Position numbers and translations under genes: made by a program. A stretch of DNA of 60,516 bases from an uncultured Bacteroidota bacterium (GTDB lineage: Bacteria; Bacteroidota; Bacteroidia; Chitinophagales; Saprospiraceae). Position 1 is the stretch's first letter, and every line of letters begins with the position of its first letter. The stretch is taken from positions 1 through 60,516 of the forward strand of contig CAIVGO010000673.1 of the NCBI GenBank assembly GCA_903905445.1, in the 5' to 3' direction. The notes below the pieces were generated by a model. It saw only the letters and a list, made by a program, of their open reading frames with translations. It made no database searches and was not told where the DNA came from. Positions 46,200 to 55,951 of the stretch are shown here, piece after piece.

Positions 46200-47066
46200 A
46201 TGATCCGCTTTTGTTTGCGCCTACCATTGCTATGCACCTGTTGGGTGTTGTTTTTGGGCACCCGGATGCAAGCAAATCCAGCTTCCGATAGTTTATACCT
46301 GCTTCAATCAGCCGATTCGCTGATTTTTTTGGAAAAACGCAACATCGCAGCAAGTGGCAGGGATGTGGCTCAAAAAACCCTTGCCGTTGCAAAATCATTT
46401 CTGCGTACCCCCTATGTTTCGGGCACCCTCGATATTCATCCAAGTGAACGTCTGGTCATCAACCTGCGGGCACTGGATTGCTGGACATTGGTGGAAAATA
46501 GCCTAGCGATCGCACTTACCAGCCGAGACCAAGGAAATTTTGAAACCTATCAGCATTATGTCCAACAATTGCGATATTGGGGTGGCGTCATCAAAGGCTA
46601 TGGATCGCGCATCCATTATTTTACAGGTTGGGTCATTCAGGCCCAGCAATTGGGTTTTCTGCGCGATTTAACCCAATCGTTTGGGGGGATCCCATTCAAT
46701 AAAGAAATCAATTATATCTCGCTTCATGCCGATAAATACCCGAAAATCAGGGAATCTAATGCCTTGAAATCCATCCAATTGTCAGAAAAAAGGGTATCTG
46801 CGCATCATTGGTATTTTATCCCGAAAGCAAAAATTAAATCCATCGAACACCTGATTCAGGAAGGCGATTTGTTGCTATTAACCTCCACCAAACGTGGGCT
46901 GGATATTTCGCATGAAGGTTTTGCCGTGCGTCAAAATGGGCGGATTCACCTATTACACGCCTCTTCCTTACACCGAAAAGCCATCATTTCCGGACAGCCA
47001 CTTGCCGAATATATGAAGGGCCAAAAGGGTCAATCGGGCATCATTATTTTACGATTAAACAATTAA
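46200..47066 (+). CDS. DUF1460-like (amidase-like) secreted protein
   Basis: Signal peptide. LDCWTLVENSLAIAL motif with a candidate Cys nucleophile. Family call is from memory. Confidence 0.5.
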   Translation: MIRFCLRLPLLCTCWVLFLGTRMQANPASDSLYLLQSADSLIFLEKRNIAASGRDVAQKTLAVAKSFLRTPYVSGTLDIHPSERLVINLRALDCWTLVENSLAIALTSRDQGNFETYQHYVQQLRYWGGVIKGYGSRIHYFTGWVIQAQQLGFLRDLTQSFGGIPFNKEINYISLHADKYPKIRESNALKSIQLSEKRVSAHHWYFIPKAKIKSIEHLIQEGDLLLLTSTKRGLDISHEGFAVRQNGRIHLLHASSLHRKAIISGQPLAEYMKGQKGQSGIIILRLNN

Positions 47067-47068
47067 AA

Positions 47069-48358
47069 ATGAATACTATACGCAAATATTTGCTGTTCTT
47101 ATGCTTACTCGCATGGGTAGGTGCGCACGCGCAAACAACGTACCTGCATTGTGGCACGCTGCTCACGATGCTAGGTGGCGAGGACCCACAAACAGCCGTT
47201 ACCCTGGTGGTGGTACAAAATAAAATTCAACGCATCGAAAAAGGGTATCTACCAGCACCCGCAGGCACACAAGTCATTGATTTAAAAGATAAAACGGTGC
47301 TTCCCGGCCTGATTGATTGCCATGTGCACCTCGAATGGGAGCAAAGTCGCAATTCGTACAACGAACAATATGTTTTTAACGATGCCGATGTCGCATTTCG
47401 CGCTGCCGTGTATGCAAAACGCACCTTAGAGGCCGGCTTTACGACCGTGCGCGACCTGGGCGGCAATGGCATTAATATTTCCCTGCGCAATGCCATTAAC
47501 AATGGCTGGACCGTTGGTCCACGCATCCTTACAGCAGGACACGTATTGAGTGTTACCGGTGGCCATGGCGACCAAACCACCGGTACGCGCTGGGATTTAT
47601 TTGATCCACCAGGACCGGAAATCGGCATTGCCGATGGACCAGATGCTTGTCGTTTGGCGGTGCGAACCCAGGTAAAACACGGGGCAGACTGGATCAAAGT
47701 ATGTGCCACGGGTGGCGTGTTGAGCCTCGCGCGCGACGGCCGATTACCACATTACGCTGAAGATGAATTAGTTACGATTGTTAAAACCGCCCGCGATCTC
47801 GGAATTGATGTAGCGGCACATGCACATGGAGATGAGGGTATGCGGCGCGCAGTTAAAGCAGGGGTGCGCACCATTGAGCACGGTACATTTATGAGTGATA
47901 GTACGATGGATTTGATGGTGAAACAAGAGGCCTGGTATGTCCCCACCCTGACTGCAGGCTGGGCCGTAAGCGACAGCGCCAAATTTGCCAAGGGATTTTT
48001 CCCGGAAGTGGTGCGGAAGAAAGCAGAAGACATCGGTCCCAAAATTCAGGAAACCCTTAGCCGCGCCTACAAAAAAGGCGTAAAAATAGCCTTTGGAACC
48101 GATGCGGGTGTATATCCACATGGCCAAAACGGATTGGAATTTAAATTTATGGCCGATGCTGGTATCCGCAACCGCGATATTTTGGCATTTGCTACCCGCG
48201 AGGCAGCGGTAATGTTGCGTTTGCAGCATAAAGTCGGTACCCTGGAGCCTGGGAAATTAGCCGATTTAATCGCGGTTAAAGGCAATCCATATGACGATAT
48301 CAAAGCGATGCAAAAAGTCTTATTTGTGATGAAAGACGGGATAATTTACCTGGATTAA
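47069..48358 (+). CDS. Metal-dependent amidohydrolase family protein, secreted
   Basis: Signal ...GAHAQ, GLIDCHVHLEW metal-binding HxH, HAHGD, TIEHG, GTDAG. Confidence 0.8.
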   Translation: MNTIRKYLLFLCLLAWVGAHAQTTYLHCGTLLTMLGGEDPQTAVTLVVVQNKIQRIEKGYLPAPAGTQVIDLKDKTVLPGLIDCHVHLEWEQSRNSYNEQYVFNDADVAFRAAVYAKRTLEAGFTTVRDLGGNGINISLRNAINNGWTVGPRILTAGHVLSVTGGHGDQTTGTRWDLFDPPGPEIGIADGPDACRLAVRTQVKHGADWIKVCATGGVLSLARDGRLPHYAEDELVTIVKTARDLGIDVAAHAHGDEGMRRAVKAGVRTIEHGTFMSDSTMDLMVKQEAWYVPTLTAGWAVSDSAKFAKGFFPEVVRKKAEDIGPKIQETLSRAYKKGVKIAFGTDAGVYPHGQNGLEFKFMADAGIRNRDILAFATREAAVMLRLQHKVGTLEPGKLADLIAVKGNPYDDIKAMQKVLFVMKDGIIYLD

Positions 48359-49377
48359 GCCCAAACGGTGCAACCTTCTGTGCAATTTTGGCAAATATCA
48401 ATTTGGTCCCGGCCTTTTAAAAGATCTGTTCTGAATTGTTGGTAGGCCTTGCCCTGCCACAAGTCCCGAAAAGGCGTTTTTTTCAGGTCGCCTAAGCGGT
48501 GAACAGCATCTTTGTCAAAACAACAGGGCACCACCAGGCCGTCCCAGGTAATTACGCAGGCGTGCCAGAGTTTCCAGCAGTGGTTGTACAGGGTATGTTT
48601 TACTTTCCAGGTGCCATCGTCTTGTTGGCGGTACCGTGCATAGCGGTCGATGGTGGGAATCAGTGCGTTACCGCCTTCATAATCATACACTTGTGCGGTT
48701 TTTAATTTCACTTCATCTACCCCGATTTCGCGCGCTAGTTTGTAAATTTCCGGAATTTGATGTTCGTTGGGCCGTACGACCAGGAACTGAAAAATGATGT
48801 GTGGATGCCTGGATTTGAGTTGCTTTTTCCATTTCACCACATTGCGTGCGCCTTGTAACACATGCTCCAGGTTACCGCCAATGCGGTATTGTTCGTAGGT
48901 ATCCTGGGTGGTGCCATCTACCGAAATAATAAGGCGATCCAGGCCCGATTCCACCGTTTTGCGCGCATTTTCGTCGTTTAGAAAATGGCCATTGGTGCTG
49001 GTGGTGGTAAAAATGTGCTTTTTATGGGCATATTGCACCATATCCAAAAATTTCGGATTGATGTAGGGTTCGCCTTGAAAGTAAAAAATAAGGTAAAATA
49101 AATCCTTGTGTAGTTCGTCTACCGTTCGGCGAAAAAAATCCTCCTTCAAATTGCCTGTTTCCCGCGAAAAAGACCGCAAACCGGAAGGGCATTCCGGGCA
49201 ACGCAGGTTACAAGCCGTGGTTGGTTCGATGCTGATGGTCACGGGCAAACCCCACTGAATTGGGCGCCTTAGCCATTGCGTGAGGTAAAAAGAGGCAATG
49301 ACCTTGGCAAAATTCAGGATGCGCCGCACACTCAGTTTGGAAATAAAATTGAAGCTGTCGTTGATAAAGAGTTTCAT
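48355..49377 (-). CDS. Radical SAM / SPASM-domain protein
   Basis: CNLRCPEC (CxxxCxxC) after an N-terminal hydrophobic helix. C-terminal Cys cluster CWKLWHAC...PCCFDKD...CQNCTEGC. Confidence 0.75.
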   Translation of the reverse strand: MKLFINDSFNFISKLSVRRILNFAKVIASFYLTQWLRRPIQWGLPVTISIEPTTACNLRCPECPSGLRSFSRETGNLKEDFFRRTVDELHKDLFYLIFYFQGEPYINPKFLDMVQYAHKKHIFTTTSTNGHFLNDENARKTVESGLDRLIISVDGTTQDTYEQYRIGGNLEHVLQGARNVVKWKKQLKSRHPHIIFQFLVVRPNEHQIPEIYKLAREIGVDEVKLKTAQVYDYEGGNALIPTIDRYARYRQQDDGTWKVKHTLYNHCWKLWHACVITWDGLVVPCCFDKDAVHRLGDLKKTPFRDLWQGKAYQQFRTDLLKGRDQIDICQNCTEGCTVWA

Positions 49378-49652
49378 AAGTCAAAGGTAGACCAAGATTG
49401 AAATGGATTTAAAGGATGGATGGATAAAAAAATTGATTTTCAATGGATTAGAAGCCACCTGTTTTCATAAACACTTTGCGTTGACTATAAAGCGTGATGG
49501 ATTGGATTTTCCGGAGTATAAAAGACTAGGATAAAAACGAGCCAATTATATGATCGTCCAGAATGAAACATTGAATTTGGCGGAATAGTTAGGAGTAAAA
49601 ACACATTTTAGTACCTTTACATTTAAATTTTAGGATAAAACAACGGGTTGAC

Positions 49653-50174
49653 ATGTCAAAAGACGCGCTTAATCAGGACATTAAAAATATCTCTATCGTG
49701 TATCCAAAAGGAAACCAACGGGAAACCATCATATTGGTCATTGTTGCAGTTATTGGATTATCGGGCCTTGCATTGCTACAGTTTTCGCGCAAAAGTCCTT
49801 CCAATCGTTTGGGCAACCGCGCCTTGGTACAGGCAGAAAACCAAAATCAGGTGAGTGAAGCAGCCTCGGCACCGCTTCAAAAGATACCGGGTGAATTATT
49901 ACGCACCAGCGAAAACCCGGAAGCGTACAAACCATTCCGATTTTTAATGAGTAAATTTAGCCAGGGTGCCGTGTACGAAATGGATTTGGGCGATGGCACG
50001 CCACGCAAAGCTTTTGTGAACGGGTCGGTACAGCATATTTTCAAGCGCCCGGGCAGTAGTTATGTCACACTTTATGCAAAATACGAAGGTCAGGAAGTAC
50101 AACTGGATACCCTACATATCATAGTTGGCAATAAAAAAGAAGACCATATGTTGCTACCGAGCATAGATTATTAA
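49653..50174 (+). CDS. Single-pass membrane protein with a PKD-like C-terminal domain
   Basis: Transmembrane segment IILVIVAVIGLSGLALL. The segment YEMDLGDGTPRKAF...H.F.RPGSSYVTLYAKY resembles the PKD DxGDGT motif. Confidence 0.5.
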   Translation: MSKDALNQDIKNISIVYPKGNQRETIILVIVAVIGLSGLALLQFSRKSPSNRLGNRALVQAENQNQVSEAASAPLQKIPGELLRTSENPEAYKPFRFLMSKFSQGAVYEMDLGDGTPRKAFVNGSVQHIFKRPGSSYVTLYAKYEGQEVQLDTLHIIVGNKKEDHMLLPSIDY

Positions 50175-50294
50175 TTGCGTTAAAATTTGGTAGAAATACA
50201 CTTTTGAGTAGTTTTGTCGCTGTCATGTACAGACGACGTTTGGGCTGCTCCGAGCGTTCCATTTAAACAGAGTATTTAACCAATTAAATCAAGC

Positions 50295-51323
50295 ATGAAG
50301 AAAATCGGAATCCTGCACGGGAAGGAAAGCTCCTTTCCCGAAGCCTTAGTAGAAAGAGTAAACTCCAAAAATGTAAAGGGCATACACGCCGAACAAGCCT
50401 TGGTGGATGAGCTGATTCAGGGAGATCCTACGCCATATGCCGTTCTTTTTGATCGGATTAGTCAGGATGTTCCGTTTTATCGTGCTTATTTGAAAAATGC
50501 TGCCTTGAATGGCACGGCGGTATTGAACAACCCGTTTTGGTGGAGCGCAGATGAGAAGTTTTTCAACAACTGTTTGTCTACAAAAATTGGCATGCCCGTT
50601 CCACGTACCATTTTGTTGCCGTCCAAACAAATGCCGCCGGATACCACGGCGCAGAGTTTTCGCAACATGAAATACCCTCTGGATTGGGAAAAAATGATTG
50701 AGTACCTGGGTGGTTTCCCCTTATTTATGAAGCCACACTCTGGCGGCGGCTGGAAAAACGTGTATAAAATTCACAATTTTGATGAGTTTTTCGCTGCGTA
50801 CAACGAAACCAACACCTTGGTTATGTTGTTGCAGGAGGCTATCGAATTCGATGCATACTTCCGTTGCTATTCGCTGGGTGGAAAATATATCCGCATCATG
50901 GATTATGAGCCCCGCAATCCACACCACCTCCGTTATGTAGCCGACCATAAAGTGTCGAAAGAAAAACGGGCCGAAATGGAAGATTATGTATCGCGTATCA
51001 ACAGCGCCTTGGGATATGACTTCAATACGGTAGAGTTTGCAATTCGCGACGGGGTGCCTTATGCCATCGACTTCTGCAATCCTGCACCGGATGCAGATGT
51101 GGCTTCCGTTGGGGAAGAAAACTTTGAATGGGTGGTAGAACATGCTGCGCTCATGGCGATTGAAAAAGCGCAATCCCATAAAGAAGGCGCTAACAACCTT
51201 ACTTGGGGCACCTATGTTTCTGGTGCGGTAGCAGGCAACCTGCCTATTTTACCGGACCAGGGTGTAGCAGAAGACAAACCTAAAAAAACAGGGAAGGCTT
51301 CGAAAGCGAAAAAAACCGCTTAA
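50295..51323 (+). CDS. ATP-grasp fold protein of unknown specificity
   Basis: Layout typical of RimK/GshB-like ATP-grasp enzymes (FMKPHSGGGWKNVYKI, LLQEAIEF, EFAIRDG.PYAIDF.NPAPD). Lys-rich tail. Confidence 0.6.
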   Translation: MKKIGILHGKESSFPEALVERVNSKNVKGIHAEQALVDELIQGDPTPYAVLFDRISQDVPFYRAYLKNAALNGTAVLNNPFWWSADEKFFNNCLSTKIGMPVPRTILLPSKQMPPDTTAQSFRNMKYPLDWEKMIEYLGGFPLFMKPHSGGGWKNVYKIHNFDEFFAAYNETNTLVMLLQEAIEFDAYFRCYSLGGKYIRIMDYEPRNPHHLRYVADHKVSKEKRAEMEDYVSRINSALGYDFNTVEFAIRDGVPYAIDFCNPAPDADVASVGEENFEWVVEHAALMAIEKAQSHKEGANNLTWGTYVSGAVAGNLPILPDQGVAEDKPKKTGKASKAKKTA

Positions 51324-51572
51324 TTGTCTCTTTAGAAAAACTTACAACGTATATCCTTAAGCCCGCAGTTTTTTGCATTTCGGACAAACAGTCAAAAGGG
51401 GCGTTTTTTAGTAAAAAAACACCTTTTAAAACGGCTCAAGTCCCGATGCACCCGACTGCGGGCTTTTTTATTTGTTAAATTTATACATAAATAAAAATCT
51501 TAACACACTTGTATTGAAAAAATATTCCATCTTTGCAGTCCCTTAAATTTACTTTAAAAACCATAATCAACA

Positions 51573-51692
51573 ATGAAAACCACCCAAGTACCGATGCTGC
51601 GGCCTAATCCCTGCCGCCCCCACCTCCTGCCTTCCACCTGTTCAAGTTTAATGCCCTCCTCGTTCGTCCATACAGACGACCCTCCCAACTAA
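51573..51692 (+). CDS. Possible 39-codon sORF (MKTTQVPMLRPNPCRPHLLPSTCSSLMPSSFVHTDDPPN)
   Basis: ATG-to-TAA frame read by hand. Near-consensus -7 box CATCTTTG at 51528-51535 and a strong terminator at 51723-51757. Coding status is unproven. Confidence 0.25.
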   Translation: MKTTQVPMLRPNPCRPHLLPSTCSSLMPSSFVHTDDPPN

Positions 51693-51722
51693 TTTTTACC
51701 GCGACGCCACAATACCTGCCTT

Positions 51723-51757
51723 ACCTTGTCGGTCCTAAGGCCGGCAAGGTGTTTTTT
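51723..51757 (+). terminator. Rho-independent terminator
   Basis: ACCTTGTCGG / CCGGCAAGGT 10-bp stem (one G-U pair), 8-nt loop, followed by GTTTTTT. Confidence 0.7.
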
Positions 51758-52109
51758 AACTAAAACTGGTGCGATTTTTGTTGTGAAGCGATCTCCTTTT
51801 TTCAGGCCTGATCCGCTGAAGTCGCTGCTGTGGCAAGTTGCAGCCCGTCGTTTTCTCCTTTCCATTTTCCAATTATTAAATTTTTTAGCCTGATTGGTCC
51901 TACCAAATTCAGGTTACGAAACCACATGATCATGTACTTTTTACGCGGAAATTTATCAGGTTTTGTTTTTTTTCGAAAAAACTTTTAAGCAGCCTCAAAA
52001 CTGGCATGTTCCTTGCATAATGTAATGCAGAACCGAAAAATAAAACAAAACAACCATTTCCTTGGTAATCAAGCACACACTATCTAATCAACCATCAACC
52101 GACCCGATT

Positions 52110-52763
52110 ATGAAACTGTCTTTCTCTATATCAACGCTTTTCTTTCTGGTTTTTACAGTGATCAGCGTTAACGCACAAACGCCCAACTTTCGGGAATTTT
52201 TAAACCAGTTCCCAACTGCTACTTTGCCTTATACTTTTAACGCACAGGAAATGCAGGTACAACTGGAAAGCGGTGTTGCTGCAAAATCAGCACCTTTGGC
52301 TTGGGAGTTTTACGAATACCTTCCTGAACTGGAGCGCAGCGCTCAATTCAGCAGCATGCCAGTTCGTCCAGAGCCTGTAGCGTCTTTCGAAACAAAAGAA
52401 TACTACGCCGTACTTTACAACATCGCTCGCGGTTTGACACGCGGTACCAAAACATACAGCATCAGCGTTTTTGACAAAAAAGGAAATTACATCGGCACAC
52501 ACTTCGTTGCTGGTTCAAACCCTTCTATGTTGACGGTTGCTACCATCGACGAAAGCCTGAAAGCAAGCGTACAAGAATTCAAAATCAACTGGGCCAACGA
52601 TTACCGCGCAACGGGCATTAAAGGCAACAAAGTAACTGGCCTTACCTTGCTGGATATGACTACCATCGAGTTGACAACAGAAGGAAATCCTGATCAGATC
52701 GAGTGGACCAACCGCATCGAAGCAGGTCAAGTATCTACTGGTGATCTTGCAAAAAGCAAATAA
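52110..52763 (+). CDS. Hypothetical secreted protein
   Basis: Signal MKLSFSISTLFFLVFTVISVNAQ from the internal ATG. No recognised motifs. Confidence 0.5.
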   Translation: MKLSFSISTLFFLVFTVISVNAQTPNFREFLNQFPTATLPYTFNAQEMQVQLESGVAAKSAPLAWEFYEYLPELERSAQFSSMPVRPEPVASFETKEYYAVLYNIARGLTRGTKTYSISVFDKKGNYIGTHFVAGSNPSMLTVATIDESLKASVQEFKINWANDYRATGIKGNKVTGLTLLDMTTIELTTEGNPDQIEWTNRIEAGQVSTGDLAKSK

Positions 52764-52843
52764 TTAAACACAATACGAAATACAAAATCCCCGCTTGGAA
52801 CTTCCAAGTGGGGATTTCTTTTTATCGGAACACCAAACTGGCT

Positions 52844-54310
52844 TTATAGTCCGAAGGTTACGTTTTTGGTTTCTGTAAAAAAACGCAACACTTCCCAGCC
52901 ACCTTCTCTGCCAACGCCCGAATTTTTTACGCCGCCAAATGGGGTGCGCAAATCACGCAACATCCATGTATTCACCCAAACAATCCCTGCCTGCAACGCA
53001 CTGGTGATGCGCTGGGTACGGGCCAGATCATTGGTCCAAAGGGTGGCACTCAAACCATAATTGGTACCATTCGCTTGTAAAATCGCTTCCTCCTCGGTAT
53101 CAAACGCATGTAAGGTCACAACTGGCCCAAAAATCTCTTCCTGATTGGTACGGCAATGCAAAGGCAAGCCTTCAATAATGGTTGGTGCAATAAACCATCC
53201 TGCGGCGTTTTCACCTGGGAGTTGCAAAGCATGCCCCCCACACAACAATACCCCACCCTCTTCCTGCGCCAATTCGATACAAGCCATTACCTTATCGAAG
53301 TGCATTTTACTCACCACCGCCCCCAGGTTACTATTGGGATCGCTTGGATTACCCACTTTTAGTGCCTTAACCCGTGCGATAAAATCGGTTTTGAATCTTT
53401 CATACAGTGGCCTTTCCACATAAATACGCGATCCACAAAGACAAATTTGGCCTTGGTTGTTAAAGGAGGAGCGCACCGTTGTTTCCAGCATTTTATCGTA
53501 ATCGCAATCGGCAAATATCAGGTTAGGATTTTTGCCGCCCAGTTCTAAGGACATTTTTTTAAACATCGGAGCGGCAATACGCGCAATTTCTGCACCCGCG
53601 CGGGTACTTCCCGTAAACGAAATGGCTTTTACCTTGGGGTGTTTTACCATCGCTGCTCCGGCCACAGGGCCTAGTCCGTGTACAATATTGAGCACCCCTG
53701 CTGGCAATCCGGCTTCTGTACATATTTCGCCCAAAATAGCCGCCGTTAAAGGTGTCACCTCCGATGGTTTGCCGACTACACAATTACCCGCCGCCAGTGC
53801 AGGGGCAATTTTCCAGGTAAAAAGGTACAATGGAAGGTTCCAGGGGGCAATGCAGGCCACCACACCCAGTGGTTGACGCAGCGTATAACTCATTGCTTCG
53901 CCTGGCAAGTAGTAACTTTCTGATCCAAAATGCATCAAGGCCGTAGCAAAAAACTTAAAATTCAGGGCCGCCCTCGGAATGTCAATGGTACGTGCGGTGG
54001 TAATGGTTTTACCCGAATCCATGCTTTCTGCGGCGGCAAGCCGATCTAAATTGCGCAAAATACCATCGGCAATGGCCCGTAAAATGTCGTGTCTGGTTTC
54101 GGGAGCAGTCATGGACCAGGCCGGAAAAGCCGCTTCCGCCGCCGCGATGGCCGCTTCCACATCATCGGCATCCGAAGCGGGCAATTGACTGAACACCTGG
54201 CCGGTTGCCGGGTTGTAATTATCTAAATATTGTCCTGCTTGCGGCGGCACAAATGCGCCATTGATGTAGTTATGAAGTAATTGCATGGTTTTCAATTGAT
54301 TGCTGGGCAT
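52844..54310 (-). CDS. NAD(P)-dependent aldehyde dehydrogenase (hydroxy/aminomuconic-semialdehyde dehydrogenase-like)
   Basis: ELGGKNP, the catalytic Cys context (GQICLCGSR) and EEIFGPV. The start may be the ATG at 54286. Either start overlaps the end of the upstream gene. Confidence 0.85.
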   Translation of the reverse strand: MPSNQLKTMQLLHNYINGAFVPPQAGQYLDNYNPATGQVFSQLPASDADDVEAAIAAAEAAFPAWSMTAPETRHDILRAIADGILRNLDRLAAAESMDSGKTITTARTIDIPRAALNFKFFATALMHFGSESYYLPGEAMSYTLRQPLGVVACIAPWNLPLYLFTWKIAPALAAGNCVVGKPSEVTPLTAAILGEICTEAGLPAGVLNIVHGLGPVAGAAMVKHPKVKAISFTGSTRAGAEIARIAAPMFKKMSLELGGKNPNLIFADCDYDKMLETTVRSSFNNQGQICLCGSRIYVERPLYERFKTDFIARVKALKVGNPSDPNSNLGAVVSKMHFDKVMACIELAQEEGGVLLCGGHALQLPGENAAGWFIAPTIIEGLPLHCRTNQEEIFGPVVTLHAFDTEEEAILQANGTNYGLSATLWTNDLARTQRITSALQAGIVWVNTWMLRDLRTPFGGVKNSGVGREGGWEVLRFFTETKNVTFGL

Positions 54311-54869
54311 AGGTAACCCAATTTTGTATCATGTTCATTCCATATTGTGTCAGGATGGATTCCGGGTGGAATTGCACCCCCACCAAAGGCAAACTACTAT
54401 GCTGTAAAGCCATTAATTCGCCCGCTTCCGTACTTGCTATGGATTGTAAATCTGTTCCTTCCAAGGACTCCAGCACCAGCGAATGATACCGCATGACCTC
54501 AAATTGCGGTGGAATATCTTCGAAAATTGGGTGTGGGAGATGGGTAATCAGCGAGGTTTTGCCGTGCATGGGTACCTGGGCTTTCACCAGTTTGGCCCCA
54601 AAAAACATCCCCAAGGCTTGCATACCCAAACAAACGCCCAGGATAGGTTTATTTTGGTAAAAATGCGCAATTAACGCAGGCATGATACCGGCATCTTCTG
54701 GGCGCTTGGGGCCGGGAGACAATACAATTGCCTGAAAATCAGCCCCTTTTAATTCATCTATGCTGATTGCATCATTCCGAACCACCCAACAGGCATGTCC
54801 AGTTTGCTGCAAATAATCATATAAATTATAGGTGAAAGAATCGTAATTGTCGAGCAGCAGAATGCGCAT
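54270..54869 (-). CDS. Class-I glutamine amidotransferase, anthranilate/aminodeoxychorismate synthase component II
   Basis: MRILLLDNYDSFTYNLY, GVCLGMQ (catalytic Cys), GVQFHPES. PabA versus TrpG cannot be decided from context. Confidence 0.85.
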   Translation of the reverse strand: MRILLLDNYDSFTYNLYDYLQQTGHACWVVRNDAISIDELKGADFQAIVLSPGPKRPEDAGIMPALIAHFYQNKPILGVCLGMQALGMFFGAKLVKAQVPMHGKTSLITHLPHPIFEDIPPQFEVMRYHSLVLESLEGTDLQSIASTEAGELMALQHSSLPLVGVQFHPESILTQYGMNMIQNWVTYAQQSIENHAITS

Positions 54870-54930
54870 GGTTCAAATTCGAAGGTACACAGCATGATAA
54901 AAACCCCAATGATACAACCATCACCCCTTG

Positions 54931-55593
54931 TTATTCAATGCCATCGTCATCTTCCTGTGGATTGGATCGGGTACGTGGCGTGGTTGTTTCTGGCGCGCCT
55001 TCAATTTTTGTATTTTTATCGGGCAGTTCGTATATTTTAGGCTGTCCCCCCGTTTTTTCAATGCCAAACTTTTCGAGGCGGCTCATCCAGTCCAATGAAG
55101 TTCCCCATAGGTCTTCGGCAACTGGTTTGAAACGAATGGCGACATTTTTTGCCGTGGAGGGCAAGTTTGCCAAAAAAGGGTAGGTTTTTGACTCTGTGAG
55201 GGTGGCTGTGTTGAGAAACTGCACCTTTACCAGAAACCACAATAAGACACTATATATGAGTACGAAAAAGCCCCCTGTTAGGATTCCACCGGCAGCCCGG
55301 TTAAACAACCCTAAAAAAGCAACTTCGAACAAACCGGTGACTCCGGCACTTGCCATACGCAGCACCAACATAACTACCGCCAAATTAATCAAAAAACCGG
55401 CTAAAAAAATGGTTGGATTGTCTGAATTAAACGCAGTTTCGAGGATGTTGGTGGTGGTGGGCGTAATTTTAAAAGCCAGCACAATGCCAAAAACATAAGC
55501 GACTAGGTTAAAAACAGTACCAATGATTCCGCGATGGTAACCAATCCAGAATCCGTAGCTAAAAATCAATATAAAAATAACATCAATCGGCAT
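54931..55593 (-). CDS. cvpA: CvpA family membrane protein
   Basis: From the internal ATG: MPIDVIFILIFSYGFWIGYHRGII and four transmembrane segments. Pro/Thr/Asp-rich tail. Confidence 0.65.
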   Translation of the reverse strand: MPIDVIFILIFSYGFWIGYHRGIIGTVFNLVAYVFGIVLAFKITPTTTNILETAFNSDNPTIFLAGFLINLAVVMLVLRMASAGVTGLFEVAFLGLFNRAAGGILTGGFFVLIYSVLLWFLVKVQFLNTATLTESKTYPFLANLPSTAKNVAIRFKPVAEDLWGTSLDWMSRLEKFGIEKTGGQPKIYELPDKNTKIEGAPETTTPRTRSNPQEDDDGIE

Positions 55594-55951
55594 GAGTTCG
55601 GTTGAAGGCGATTTTTGAAAATGCAGGCTGATGATCAAAGGCTTGCAACACCTAAAACAGTACAAAGATACGTATTTATTATTCACCATAGGGTCCGATT
55701 ATCAGAATATCCATCTTTCGGTTATATGGTTAACCGCAGAACTAAATTTTAAAAACAAATTGAATACGAGGCCAGCTCCTTATATTTTTTGGCTAAAGAT
55801 CAAATAGACATTTTTTATTCTAAAATTAAAACAAAGCAAAACATTGAGGACTTTCCGTTGTTTTAAAAAAGATGTGGGTCAATTGACAAAACGCACTTTT
55901 TTTCCTTGGCTTTACCATTTAAGCGCCTATATTTGGAACAAAATCCCGCAT

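Noticed and set aside
46021-46443. 140-aa minus-strand ORF spanning the nupC end and the DUF1460 start
   Set aside because: It overlaps two supported plus-strand genes and has no features of its own.
50295-51692. ATP-grasp enzyme plus downstream sORF as a graspetide (microviridin-like) cluster
   Set aside because: The ATP-grasp does not resemble MdnB/MdnC-type ligases as I recall them. The peptide lacks the repeated Thr/Ser-x-Lys...Asp/Glu core motifs. A terminator-like stem and a separate promoter separate the two genes.
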